This document shows positions 1 through 15,095 of a stretch of DNA of 64,000 nucleotides, one piece after another; position 1 is the first letter of the stretch, and each line of letters begins with the position of its first letter. The stretch is from the human T2T-CHM13v2.0 reference genome, Homo sapiens. Below the pieces are notes generated by a model. It saw only the letters and a list, made by a program, of their open reading frames with translations, ran no database searches and was not told the origin of the DNA. The stretch lies in assembly GCF_009914755.1 (NCBI RefSeq), contig NC_060946.1. One strand, written 5' to 3'. Position numbers and translations under genes: made by a program.

Positions 1-999
1 GACTGGCCAACTTGTCTGAGGCTATACGGCAAGTAAGGGAGGTCAAATTCAAGCTCCGGGCTGGTCTCTAAGTCTCTCCATCCCTCATGAGGGCAGCCAG
101 CCTCTCGGGATGGATTTAAAGTGTCATGGCTCCAGGGCCGAGAGAGCTTCCAGGCCAGGACCTGAGTGTATTCTGGGTGGTAAAAGGACCACCGGGTAGA
201 CCTTGGGGCCGGGCTGCCAAGGCCACCCTGTGAGCGAGGACAGGGGCGGCACTGGCCCAGGGCTGAGGGGCTGCGGGCAAGGCGGCTGGCACCCTGTGGG
301 ACACCAGGCATGTCGAGAGGCCCCACGGGAGGGAGGAAAGGGGCCGTTGTATGAAAGCTGGTCACAGAGCTCCTCTTTGGGGAGACTGCCCAGGATTTGC
401 CCACACCCCAGCCCCCTTTACCCACGGCTGGTGAGAGTGTGGCTTTCCCAGAGGCCTGTTCCTAGAGGCTCCCGAGAGGGCCAAAGAGAAGACAACAGCT
501 CAGACCACTGAGTGGGAGACAGGGGCTTTGAGAGAGGGGAATCGAGACCACACAGGGCCCTGGGCTGAGACCCTGGGAGCTGAGGAATTCCTGGTGGTGA
601 GAATTCCTGGACCAGCTCTAAGATCAGCAATGCCGTACCAGGCTGGTGGAGGTAATTGTCCACTCCCCACCACCACGTCCCCCTATCTAGAACCTTCTGC
701 AGAGCCTGAGGCACACCGTGGCCTATGAGAGCGGGTGCTTTAGTGCAATCAAGGGCTGGAAGCAACACTTGGGCCAAGGCAGGTGGAGACGGGAGAAGAA
801 ACCTCCAGGGCTGGATTTGAGGAGCTGGAGAGGCGCCTCCGACGCTGGCATCCCAGCAAGAGGAGACCAGGAAAGTCAGGTGTCAGAAAGTCACCAGGAG
901 GCGGGGCCACCAAATTAGACCCAGCTGAGGAGCTGGGACAACAACCCCAGCGCCCAGCCCATCTCACCTCACTACATGCTAACGTGGTGGAGAAGAGAA

Positions 1000-1100
1000 C
1001 ACCCATAGCACAGATGAGGACACTGAGGCTCAGGGAGAAGCCAGATCTCCCCAAGGTCAACTAGCACTGAGAGTGGGGCCCAGCCCGGACTTCTAGGCCT
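1000..1100. mobile_element. MIR SINE fragment
   Basis: Core-like 'cccatagcacagatgaggacactgaggctcagggagaag...ccaaggtca'. Confidence 0.6.
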
Positions 1101-2879
1101 GGGGAGTGGCAGAAGGGTCCCAGGTGTGGCTGTGACTGTGGGAGCCTCCCTCTGTGAGTGCCAATTCCCTCACCGACTTGGGGTCTCCCAAGAGGCCACC
1201 TCACCTGGCCATGCAAGGAGGAAGCAGCAGAGACCTAAACAGTCATACTCCCTCCCGGGCCTGCGGTAAGGACAAGTGAGGACCCATACCCGGGCTGAAG
1301 CTGCTCACCCTCAGCAGCGCTGGCGTCCTTGTCTGCCCACAGCTGCCCAACCGCCTCCATGAACTGGGAGGTAAAAGACGCCTCCTTCCGCACCCTGCCG
1401 GGCTGTCCTGCCTGTGACCACACTGCTGCCGACCCAAGTCCTCGCAAGGCCCTGCCCCACTCTGCAGCAGGCAGGCCCCCAGTTCAGCCCCCTGTCCTTG
1501 CCCGGAGACTCTGAGACCCCAGCACCCCCTCCAGGCAACCAACCTCCAAACTGTGGCTGCGGCTCTTTGAGGCCGTATTTGCAGGCAACTTCAGAGCTAA
1601 AAATTTCAAGGCAGGTAAAGGGGAGTGGGGGTGCCCCTCCTTTTCCATCCTGCTGTTACGGCCTCCCCCTGGCACCAGGAGGCCCTGCTCACTGCATCTG
1701 GGTGTGCAGATGGGATGGAGACGCTGATACAGGGGCAGAAACAAAGCAGCAGGCAGCAGCCAGCACATGGGGAGACACAGGCTCCACAAGCACACACCGT
1801 CAGCGCCCCCACTCCCAACTCCACCAATGCAGGGCGTGGGGACACAACCAGGCTGCCCTGTGACCTGTGACCACTGGGAGAGGGCTTGGCCCTCGCAGAC
1901 GCTGACCCTGAAGGCACAGTGGACCTGCCCACTGCAGCTAGAGGCTAATTTTCAGTTCTCTAAATTGGGGAGAGAAGAGCATGTGTCTCCCAGCCGTGTG
2001 GGGAGGACACAGAGGACAACCCAGAGCGGGGCTCTGTTTTCTTCAGGCACTGGGGCTGCTCCCAGAGACAGCCACGTGCAGAGAAGCAGAGATCAGTAGC
2101 TCTCAGGTCTCCACTGATGTGGGGAATCTTGACGTTAGTAGCAGGCACTTGGATATGATTTGGGGCAACTTCTCACTCAAATGCACTCTTTTAGAAGAAC
2201 TTTTCATGCAGAGGCATGGCAGGGGCGGTTTTTTTATACTGAGGTTCTGGGAGTTGTAATGGTATATTTAGGACTCACTTGACCTACCCACCACCCTGAG
2301 GTTTGACACCCCTCCCATGCCCCTCCCTTGCCCACACCTGGACACAAGGAGCCCACCTCCAGACTAGGGCCAGCCCAAGCCCCTGTTGGGAAGGGAATTT
2401 GCCTCCTCCCGTGGCTGCCCCACCAAGACCAGCTCCATGCTAGAGGCCTCAGACCCGTGGTTCCCCCGCCCAGCAGAGCAGGTCAGCAGTTTGCAGCCAG
2501 CGCAGCCCTGAGCCTGCTCTCCTCCAGGCTGGCCAGCCCCTCCACCATCACTCAGGGGACACTTAACTCTCAGGCCCCCTCCTATAGCAAAGCTTCCAAC
2601 CTCCGGCATTTATGGAGAAAATGATTTCCTGATCAAATATTCATGGGCCTGCCAAGCTTAAAATAGGTCTAAAAGGAAGGAGGGCAATTTTTGTCCAGCA
2701 CAAATGCTTGATGAGGTGACGTGAAACCACGGGGCTGGCTTCTCCGTGCTGTCCCTCTGCCCATCCCCCACACCACCAAAGGCCCCGAGACACTGAGCAG
2801 GGTGGGCCTCACAAGCATGTGATCTGTGCAGCTACCCAGGGCCTGTGCAGTGCTTAGCCTTCTGTGGTTTGTGACCATT

Positions 2880-3193
2880 CTTTTTGTTTCTTTGTTTTGA
2901 GACAGGGTCTCGCTCTGTTCCCCAGTCTGGAGTGCAATGATGTGAAATTGGCTGACTGCAGCCTCAACCTCCTGGGCTCTAGCAATCCTCCCAACTCAGC
3001 CTCCACAGTGGCTGGGACTACAGGCACACACCACCACCCCTGGCTAACTTTTGTATGTTTTGTAGAGACGGCGGGAGGGGGGGGGGTCTCCTTATGTCAC
3101 ACAGGCTGGTCTTGAACTCCTGGCCTCAAGTGATCTGCCTGCCTCAGCCTCCAAAAGTGCTGGGATTACAGGAGTGAGCCACCGTGCCCAGCC
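2880..3193 (-). mobile_element. Alu (AluJ-like)
   Basis: T-rich tail then reverse-complement Alu dimer ending 'gtgagccaccgtgcccagcc'. Confidence 0.93.
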
Positions 3194-3737
3194 TGTGGCA
3201 ATTCTGAAGCAAGAGGCCCTTGCTTCATGCTGACCCCACCCCACCAATGATGAAGTGGTCCTGGCTGTCCGGGAGACACCTGCCCTCCAGACCCTGGGGA
3301 CACAAATGCAGTCCTCTCAGACTGGGCAGAAGGAAGGTGAGAACCATAGTTTCCGATGTGCTATCACCTCACTTCATCCTTAACCAGCCCTGCGAGATCA
3401 AAACAACATTCACAGAACAAAGGCCTTCATCCCTGTGTACTGGACACCCACTGTGCATGGCAGGTGCCTAGGTCACCTTGAAAGACCTCCAACAGCCTTG
3501 GAGTTGTGGAGATGGGGCGCATGGTGAGGGGACCATGGAGGCTGAAGACGGGGGCCAGGACCAGGCCAGCAACCACGGTGACAAGTGACTGGATTCTAGA
3601 GTGACAGGACCACTCTTTGTCAGTGGCTGCAAGCCCAGGATCCCTCTGCACTCCTCCGTTTCACATACCCTGTGTCCAGTTGATCAGAAAATACTTTCAG
3701 GTCTACTTGCAGATTTCTTTAGGATCCAGTCACTTGT

Positions 3738-4038
3738 GGCCGGGCGCAGTGGCTCACGCCTGTAATCCCAGCACTTTGGGAAGCCAAGGTGGGCAGATCA
3801 CCTGAGGTCAGGAGTTTGAGACCAGCCTGGCCAACATGACGAAACCCCATCTCTACTAAAAATACAAAATTAGCTGGGCGTGGTGGCACATGCCTGTAAT
3901 CCCAGCTACTTGGGAGGCTGAGGCAGGAGAATCGCTTGAACCCAGGAGGCAAGATTGCAGTGAGCCGAGGTGGCACTATTGCACTCCAGCCTGGGCAACA
4001 AGAGCAAAACTCCATTTCAAAAAAAAAAAAAAAAAAAA
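3738..4038 (+). mobile_element. Alu (AluS)
   Basis: GGCCGGGCGCAGTGGCTC start, A tail, TSD atccagtcacttgt on both sides. Confidence 0.96.
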
Positions 4039-4289
4039 ATCCAGTCACTTGTCAACCATGTTCCCTGACCTGGCCCAGGTCCCTGTCTTCAGTCTAGGTT
4101 GTCCCCGACCCCCGCCATCCCCAGTCTCTCTCCAGTCATGGCCCACAGTGTAGCCACATCTCAGGGGCCGACCACCTCCCTCCTCACCTACTCATAGTAA
4201 AGCCAAAGTTTGTAGGAGGCCCTGACGCCCCACTTCCTCCTGCCCCCTCCCACCCCTAGGCAGCCTCAAAGCTCCTTCCCTCACCTCCC

Positions 4290-4930
4290 TATTGTGACTG
4301 ACCTGGAGGGGAAGAGGCTGGATCATGGAGGACCTTATAGCCCCAACAAGGATGTGGCTTTTTCCTGAACAAGTTTCAGCTGCTTACATGAGACTCAGGC
4401 ATTAAAGGGTGGCAGGTGCTGTGGCGGGGAGCACATAGCAGGGGGTGCCGGACGGCAGGAAGACCTGTTGGGGATATTGCAAAAATCCAAGTAAGCCATG
4501 AGGACGGCTCAGCCCAGGGTGAAGACCGTGCAGGTAGGAAGATGGGGCCTGATTCTGGCCACGTATTTTGCAGACAGATTTGCAGGTGGGTCATCTGTGG
4601 ATGTTAGAGAGAGGGAGACATCAAGGACGACCCCCAGATTTTTGGTTTGAGCCACTGGAAGGTTGGAGCAGGTCTGGGGGGACAGCAGGAGTGGAGGGGG
4701 CCATGGGAGTCCACCCCCAGACACCCAGATGGGTACATGGAGCTGGCAGTGATGTGTGAGTTTAGGAGTCAAGGGAGAGGTCTGGGCTGGAGATGGATTC
4801 AAAGGCTGCCAGGTGCATGTGAGCCAGGCACTTGGAGGGGCTTCCAGGGAGGAATGAGGGAAGGGAGAGAAGAGACCTGAGGGCTGGGCCTGCGGGGCGT
4901 GCCTGTGGTCAGAGGTCACAGAGATGGGAA
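4290..4930 (-). mobile_element. L2 LINE fragment
   Basis: Degenerate L2 3' region motifs, e.g. 'gagacatcaaggacgacccccagatttttggtttgagccactgga', 'ggagtcaagggagaggtctgggctggagat'. Confidence 0.6.
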
Positions 4931-5219
4931 AAGCAGCGGCAGGAACCAGCAGGGAGTGGCCAGAGCCGGGCAGTGAGTCGTACAAGCTGGTGTTTTGCGA
5001 TTCAAAGCCGGGCTTTGGGGAGGGGGAGAATGATTTGGGAAAAGCAGCATGCAGCGAGGGGAAACCTTGTCCCAGCTCCAGGCCCAGGAAAAGGGGGCAT
5101 GGGGGAGGAAAAGAGATCCCCTCGAGGGCTGCTACGCACGCAGGGTCTTCAGGGACAGTGCGTGAGAGATGAAGGACAGAGTAAAGAGAAAAGGGTGAAA
5201 ATCACAAATTTTGCTGATA

Positions 5220-5516
<297 letters not shown>

Positions 5517-7579
5517 GAATTTTGCTGATAAAAACACTGACTGAACTAGTGAATGAGTGAATGAATGATGAAACACAAGTTTGGAGAATGAAATAACAGT
5601 ACCCGCCCGCACCTGGGCCAACCCCCAGCCGTTCCCCATCCCCAAAGCCCCTCTGATGGAGCCTGGGCAGCCGTGCTGTCATTTAGGCTGTTTTTTCTGG
5701 TTGTTATCCCACGCAATTGCTTGCAGCTTCTCCTAGGAGACCACCAAATGATGACGCAAATGTCGCCCTGCTCCGCGGCGGAAGCAATCACCGCGGCTGT
5801 TGGTGTGGATCTGCTCAGCCATCACTCTGCCCTCTGCCTAATGGAGCAGCCCTTTCGCCAGGGTCATTTAACAGCCAGGCTGACATTTATATGGCAGGCA
5901 GTTAGCGGCGAGGAAATGAGACTTGCGCCCGTTCCTGACAGCTTCCCGCCTGACTCAGGCAGGGTCACACTTGAGCGAGCTGGTAATCTCTCCTTGCCAG
6001 AAGTCGGGGCAGAGGGGGTAGGGGAGCTCTCAGCGGGGGGCACAGGAGGGTGCCTGGGAAGCTTCTGGCAGGTGAATGCGATTCCGTCACCATCTGACAT
6101 GAGCCCTTCTGCTGCTTCTCCCATGAAACAGCGTCTTGTTGTTCTGAAACACACTCTTGCATTTATTGTCTAATATGATCACAGAGAGGACAGCGTGGCC
6201 CTCTCTCTTCATCCCTTAGGGTGAATATCCCAGGGGCGTTCGCAGGTCATACCAGGAGAGTCCTGGGATACTCACCCTCGGGGATGAAGGGAGAAGAAGG
6301 CTCATTCCCCTGTTCTGATCTGCACCAGCCCTGGCTTACTAACAGGTGGGGTTGCTGGCCCTGATTGTGGGAACTGCCCCCGTAACCCTGCAACCCAGCC
6401 TGCAGCTGCCTGGACAAGCACAGCAAAATGACACCCTGAGAGCCTGAGAGGACAAAGCCGATTCTTTGGCCCCATTAGCCCAGGACCCAGTGCACCTTCT
6501 CCACCGTCACACCCAACAGAGGGGCACCAAATCCCACCCCTTCGACAGTGTTGACCAGCAGGACCCCGGCCAGCTTTGGTGGACAATGAGCAGCACCTAG
6601 GACGGTGCCCACTGCAGGCCCACAGCGGTGGCTTCTGTGACTTTAGTGGGGTCACCAGCCACCACAGCAGCGCAGGGCAGGCTTTGTCCTCCAGGACAAA
6701 GGCTGGGACAGCCACTTGAGCCGTGCTCTTCCCCGACTGGCTCTATCCAGTGAGAGGCCAGTACCGGGCGAGGCTGGGGACAAGCAGGACACCAGAAGCC
6801 AAGAAGGCCAGACCCGGAGGGCACAGCCTCCTACCCAGGGAGCTCATCCCAGCAATGTGGGAGCAGCCCTGCCCAGAGAGGGAGAGGGAAAGGGCCTGGC
6901 CTGGGGACACACAAGCAACTTAGGGCAGGCCGGAGCTGAGAGCACTCAGGAACGTGGCTGGGGGAGGGAGGGTGTGCGTGCTCGGGCAGGGGCAGGAGGC
7001 TGCAGGGTCGGGTGAGGGAAGCACCAACTGTGTGCCCATTCAACCTTTACATCAGCCCACTCCCCAGATGAGGAGGATGAGGTAGGAGTCAGGAGGCTTG
7101 CCTGACTCAATGGCCCGGGACAGGTCCGAGTGGGTGCCCAGCTCCCCATTCCTGTCCATGGCCCACACATCTGCACGCGCCCTGCATTCCCAGCACTGGG
7201 CTCCTTCTGAAGTGGTCAGGAGCCATCTGTACACCCCCCAGGCCCCGCACCAGCCCCCTCTGGGGTCATCAGAACAAGCAGTGGTGCTTTCCAAAGTAGG
7301 CCGTGGGTTTCCACAGCACCAGGTCACACCAACTCGAAGGGTCCCTGATGAGGGTGTGGAGGCTGCCACCAGGAAGCCCCTCTGCATCGGCCCCCTGCCG
7401 TGAGAGCCTGGCCAAGTCCTCTCACCTCTCGCAGCCTCGGTCCCCCACCCGTAGGACGGGGCCATTAGAGAATCTACGCCCAGGACATTGTGAGGACTGG
7501 ATGCGCCAATGTCTGAGGCAGTGCATTAAGAAATGCCAGGTGCCGGGCAGATGTGGGGGATTGTTCCTAGGACTGGGGT

Positions 7580-7593
7580 GTTGCCATGGTGAC
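7580..7593. promoter_or_regulatory. RFX X-box motif GTTGCCATGGTGAC
   Basis: Near-perfect X-box; forkhead motif GTAAACA at 7614-7620. Motif only, no functional data. Confidence 0.5.
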
Positions 7594-8604
7594 GGGCACT
7601 CCGTGTTTAGCGGGTAAACATTCCCAACCCACTGGAGCAGCTGTTCCTGTCTCATCTGACATCTCGAAACAGGCACGGCCTCAGCACAGCAGTGATGGGA
7701 AGGTGGAAACAGCCTGTCCCGGTTGAGCGCAGGGCACCCCGTCCAGGGGAAGGCTCTTTAAGGCTCCTTCCTCCAGAGAACGCTAGGCAGTGGTTCTGCT
7801 GTTAGCTGCCGTCCAGAACCTCCCCCCAGGACTGGAACTCACCCTGTTTAGTGCTGCTTAGACCCAAACACAACCCCTCCCACATTCCATCTCCACCTGG
7901 GACAGAATGCCTCCCCCGCGTCTCCTGGGGCCACGAGGTGACCCAGCCCCTACCCCTCAGTGAGAGGAACCCACCCATGCAGTGATTGAGGGAAAGAGGT
8001 CCTGACAATGCAGCGAGCTCAGAGCTTGGGGGCGGACACCAAGTTCTCTAGGGCCCTGACCATGGAAACTTCCAGATCCTGGGTTTACAGGAAACAGCCG
8101 CCAAGAGGGAGAACTTAGGATCCTGCAACGTGCGTTGCCCTGCTCGCCACCCTGGATCCTCACCCAACTTCCTTGCTGTAAAACAGGGATCATTCATGCT
8201 CTACAAAGCTGCAGCACCAATGAGACCAGGACCATGGCACAAAAGGCACAGTGCCCGGCCCCAGTCCGTGTCAACAAACTGTAGCCAGCTGAAGGTGGTT
8301 TTGTGAATCCTGTGAGGCTGCTGGTGGAGGGGAAGCATCACTAAGCCCATTTCGTAGACTTGGTAATTCATGTGTCCCAGATATACCCACTGAGGCCGTC
8401 CAGGTAGGCCCTGAAGACTCAGCAACAAATGGCCAGCCCCACCCCACTGGGGGACAGAGAAAGCCTGGACAGACACACAGACGGGGTGCCCTTCACAAAC
8501 GGATGCCACAGGGACATCGGAATACAGTGGACTGTGAGTATCTATTAAAAGCCATCCTCAGAGGAGCCCTTCTGCCTCTGTCATCAGAAGCCCTAAGACA
8601 TCAT

Positions 8605-8700
8605 CAAGAAAAAAAGAAAGGAAAATAAGGAGAAGAAGAGGCTGCTAAGAAGAGGAAGGAGGGGAGAAGAGGAGGAGGAAGAAGGGGAAGAAGAAAAGGC
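8605..8700 (+). repeat. GA-rich low-complexity tract
   Basis: Almost pure polypurine (aagaggagg/gaagaa) run. Confidence 0.8.
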
Positions 8701-9674
8701 AGGTTTCCAGAACCTCCATATTTCCAAAGTGAGCTCATCTTTGGACCCATAGCCCAGCCACCTCCCTGGGGAAGCAGTGTGGGGAGCTGAGAAGCCAGAG
8801 AGGGGGTTCCCTGAGCACTGGGGACACTCAGGCATTTCCCCCACCCCTGGCCATGGGGGAGACAAGTGGGTCCTTCGCCTTGACCTTAGCCTGGTGAGAA
8901 GGCAAAACTGTTCCCCACAGTTTGGGGTGCACAGCAGGTGCAAAGACCCTAGGGTGGTGCTGTGCTCGCCCAGGGAACAGCAAGTCCTGGGGTGGATCCA
9001 GTGGGGTGGGGAGGCCCTGGGGAGGGTGAGGAGGCCAGGAGCCGGAGCTCAGGCCCTGAGGCCCCCAAAGACCACGGTGAAGACTTGGGGAGCAGCTGGA
9101 GAATGCGGAGGCCATGTGGCAGGGCCTGCTGTGTACCCCAACAGGCCACTCTGACCGCTGTGTGGAGGAGACTGCCCGGGTTAAGGGTGGCAGCAGGGGC
9201 CCCTGCAATGAGGCCGGTGTGGCCACACAGAGGCTGAGCAGTGGCTCCCCCGGGGTATTCAGAAACCAGGACCCATGGGACTGGCTGTGAGCTGAGGACC
9301 CTGAGGCCCAGGGAGGGGACATGGCCTCCCTCCAGCCCTAGACGCTCTTTTCCAGATGAGTGGGACCCAGGTTGCAAACCCTGGCAGAGACAGGATGCTC
9401 CTGCCAGCAATATTTGCAAATTGTGTTTTAATTAGTTGAAAATGATTAGCTCTGTAGCTTCAAAGCCCCGAAGACTTTGATTCCCGCCTCTCGTGGAAAA
9501 ACACCAAGTGGCTGTGAGTTAGAGCAGGAAGAGGGAGGGAAGCTGGGTTCCAGGGGTGCCCAGGCCCGGGCAGCTCCAGGGCTTGGCCTGCCCTTGGCTG
9601 GGGAGCCTCCAGCTTTCCCGGTCCCTGGCCTCAGGGGGTCAGAACCTGGTGGGACTTTTGCACAGGCTGAATAG

Positions 9675-10002
<328 letters not shown>

Positions 10003-10323
10003 GGCAGGTGTTTTTGTGTGTGTGCTTTTTTTTTTTTTTTTTTTTTTTACCACAGGTGTTCAGTGAGTGTCTCCTTCACACTAAGGACTGTCCCAGAGTG
10101 TTGGTGAGGAAAGCCACACCCAGCCCTGGCCTTGAGGAGCTTGTAACTCAGTGCAGGGGACAGACAGAGGAACACACAAATGTCACACAGAATCTGCACC
10201 GTGGTGAGTCCCACAGGGACAGTAGGTGTCTCCAGGAAAGCAACTTTGACAGAGCAGTCACAAAGGGGTCTCAGAGGGGGAGGCCTCTCAGCTGAGACCT
10301 GAAGGCTCAGAAGAAGCAGCGTG

Positions 10324-10378
10324 TGCAGAGAAAAACCACAGCAGCCGGCACATGCAGAGAAAAACCACAGCAGCCGGC
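10324..10378. repeat. 29-bp tandem duplication
   Basis: 'tgcagagaaaaaccacagcagccggc' occurs twice, 29 bp apart. Confidence 0.85.
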
Positions 10379-11066
10379 GGTCACACGCATGGCCGGAGCA
10401 TCGGCAGAACCGGATCACACAGGTCAACCCTTCATTTCGCAAAGGGCGTCCCCACCCGCCTTCTCACAGTAATGCTGTGGGGAACGTGTTTTTAATCCCT
10501 ATTTTACAGATAAGAAAAGTCGAGGCTCTGGGAGGTGAAATGACCCCCACAAATCTCAGCACTCTGGACCCACTCCCAGGACTGTGTCCCTCTACGTGCC
10601 ACCAGCCCACTCTCTCCAGGGACCCCCAGACTTAGCCCAGAAGGGTTTCTCTTCCTCTCCCTTGGCCACTTGGAGAAGCACCAGCTCAGCCAAGCCATGG
10701 CTGGGAGAAGGACTGGAGCGTCCGGCCACCTCCTCTCTCTGGGGCAACTGCAGCAGCCCCTGGCCAGCCCTCCCTGCGTCAGCTCAACCCTGACCCAAGG
10801 CAATGGGGGCAATGGGGAGGGTCTTCTCCAAACAGAAGCGCTGCTGGCAACAGAATTGAGCTGAACAGGGGAGACATGGCCCCATCTCTGCACTCACACG
10901 CTGGGGGAACTTGGCCAAATTCTGTCCCCGGTTTCCCATGCTAGATAACAAACTACCACAAACTTCACAGCTTCACACAGCCCTCGTGAGCCCGCAGCTG
11001 TGCAGGTTGAAAGTCCAGCCTCAGCATGACTGCGTCTCCACCCAGGGTCTCAACAAGGCTAAAATG

Positions 11067-11385
<319 letters not shown>

Positions 11386-11663
11386 TGAAAGAATGATAAT
11401 GGTGATGATGATAACAATAAACAAAGGCTATAATCAAGGTGTCTTCCCGCTGTGTTCGCATCTGGAGCTCAGAAACCTGTTCTAGCCTCAACTGCATGCA
11501 GTAGAATCCAGGTCCTCCAAGCATGGAATTGAGTCCCCGTGTTCTTGCTGGTCAGAGCCTCCCTTAGTTGCTAAAGGTGCCATCCCTCTTTGTCATGTGG
11601 TCCCTCCATCTTCAAAGCCAGCCTTGGAGAAGCTCTGACATGTCAAATCCTCCCACACTTTGA

Positions 11664-12052
<389 letters not shown>

Positions 12053-12530
12053 AATCATCCTCTCTCTTAAGGGCAACTGATTGGGGTCTTAACTGTATCT
12101 GAAAAACCCCTTCACAGCAGCACCTAGATTTGTATCTGACTGAATAACTGGGAGGAGGATGCATCCATCAGGGGCGGAAATGTGGAGGCCATGTCAGCAT
12201 TCCACCCCATACATCCCCCTCTGAGGGGATGCTAGACCCTCAAGATCTGCCCTCCTTCCCAACCTGCTTTGCAAATGCGCAAAAGCCAGATGCCAGCATC
12301 TACAGTCAGCAAATGCCCCCCCCCCCCACATCACTTTGTATCTCTGTGGAACTCCCCTCATTTCTTTTGAGGGGTGGGAGAAAACAAGTCCCAACATTTA
12401 GAACCCTCCAGAGCTCTCAGCAGCCATGAAGCTCCAGACCAGCTGGAAATGGTCTCTCCCACTCCAGCATATGCTCAGGCCCTTGGAGCAATTGTTACAT
12501 AGCCCAAGCAGAACCTTCTTTAAGGACTAA

Positions 12531-13545
<1,015 letters not shown>

Positions 13546-14171
13546 AACCCCTCATTGTTCCAGAAATCTCTAAAGTGCAAACGAATGTTCAGTTCTTATT
13601 ACCGTTGGCTCTCCAACAGCTGCAATCGAGGGTGCTCCCAAGCAGGCCACAGATGCAGAAAGGTTCCCTTACAAACAGGCCAGCACAGAAGGCTAAGGAT
13701 CCTCCTTTTTCAAGGAGGAAAAAAATGGTTTTTTGTGGTTCACACATAAGGAGAACTCACAGACTCAGTTTCACAACTTTAACCATGAGTCACAAGTTAG
13801 CACAGGACACAAAAACCCACTGGGCGGCTGAAGCGGCTGCAGAAACGCGGAGCTCCGCGAGCCCCAGAGACCTCAAGGGGCTGCTCTCTGCTCCAGCCGC
13901 ACAAGATGCATTTCGGGAGTGATTTTCACTCATTGAGATTCAACAAGATCAACATAGAGGACCCTGCCCGCGATGGAAAAGACACACAATATACACAGGT
14001 GGTGAGGATGAGACCGGGGCGCCCTCCCAAGCCCACGGTCAGGACGGGCGGCCCTCGAGCCGACCAAACCAGAATCTTGGGACCCATGATCAAGCGGTGG
14101 GTGTTGCTAATGCTGAAGATAGCAGGATCCTCAAGGCAAACAGACCCACACAGGCAAAAAACAAAAAGGCC

Positions 14172-14296
14172 CAGATTCCCCGTGTCTGCCACCCAGCAGG
14201 GAGCCCGGGGGGTGCACTGAAGCCGCTTCCCCCAGAAATGCAGCAGCCGGGCTCCAGAGGCACGTGTCAGAAACCACACACATACACACACACACG
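14172..14296 (+). repeat. Left arm of inverted repeat (pairs with 14964-15095)
   Basis: Reverse complement aligns by eye at roughly 80% with 14964-15095. Confidence 0.85.
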
Positions 14297-14833
14297 TGGT
14301 ACATGCCACATATCACACACATACACCACATACATCATACACACACCACACACATCACATACCACACATGTCACACACATACACCACATACACCATACAC
14401 ACACCACACACATCACATGGCACACACCACATATCACATGCACACACCACATACACCATACACACATACACCACGCACACACCACAGGCCACACACCACA
14501 TATCACACACATACACCACACACACCATACACCACACATTACACACACATGCACCACACACATATACCACACACATACCATATAGCACACATATACCATA
14601 CACACATCCCATGCCACACACCACAAACCATGTGCCACATATCACATGTCACACACACACACCATGTACCACATACATCGTACACCACACACACCCTGCA
14701 CACACACACCACATATCACATACACACCACACACACATCACACATCACACACACATCAAACACACACACACCACACACACACACACCATATACCACACAG
14801 ATACCACACACACACACACATACACACATACAC
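14275..14833 (+). repeat. CA-rich degenerate simple repeat (CACAC/CACAT)
   Basis: ~560 bp composed almost entirely of C/A with cacacaccacatatcacac motifs. Confidence 0.95.
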
Positions 14834-14963
14834 AGCCCTTCTCTTGCTGCATGAGTCCACCCTGGGGAGGAGGGGCATGAGGGCACAGAGAGCCCACAAG
14901 ATGCACTTCTGAGGCCACACACACAGCCCCATGGTCTGGAGCCTCAGCCTCATGGGCATGTAG

Positions 14964-15095
14964 CGTGTGTGCGTGTGTGTGTGTGTGGTTTCTGACATGT
15001 TTGCCCCTGACTGGAGCCTGGCTGCTGTATTTCTGGGGGAAGTGCCTTCGGTGGCCCCGCATGCTCCCTGCTGGGTGGCAGACAGGGGGAATCTG
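14964..15095 (-). repeat. Right arm of inverted repeat (pairs with 14172-14296)
   Basis: 'gtgtgtggtttctgaca...gctccctgctgggtggcagaca...ggggaatctg' is the reverse complement of the left arm. Confidence 0.85.

Noticed and set aside
13906-14220. ATG-initiated 104-aa ORF (MHFGSDFH...)
   Set aside because: No recognisable homology or splice structure; length expected by chance in GC-rich DNA
14097-14998. His/Thr-rich and Cys/Val-rich ORFs
   Set aside because: Translations of the CA-rich repeat; no coding signal
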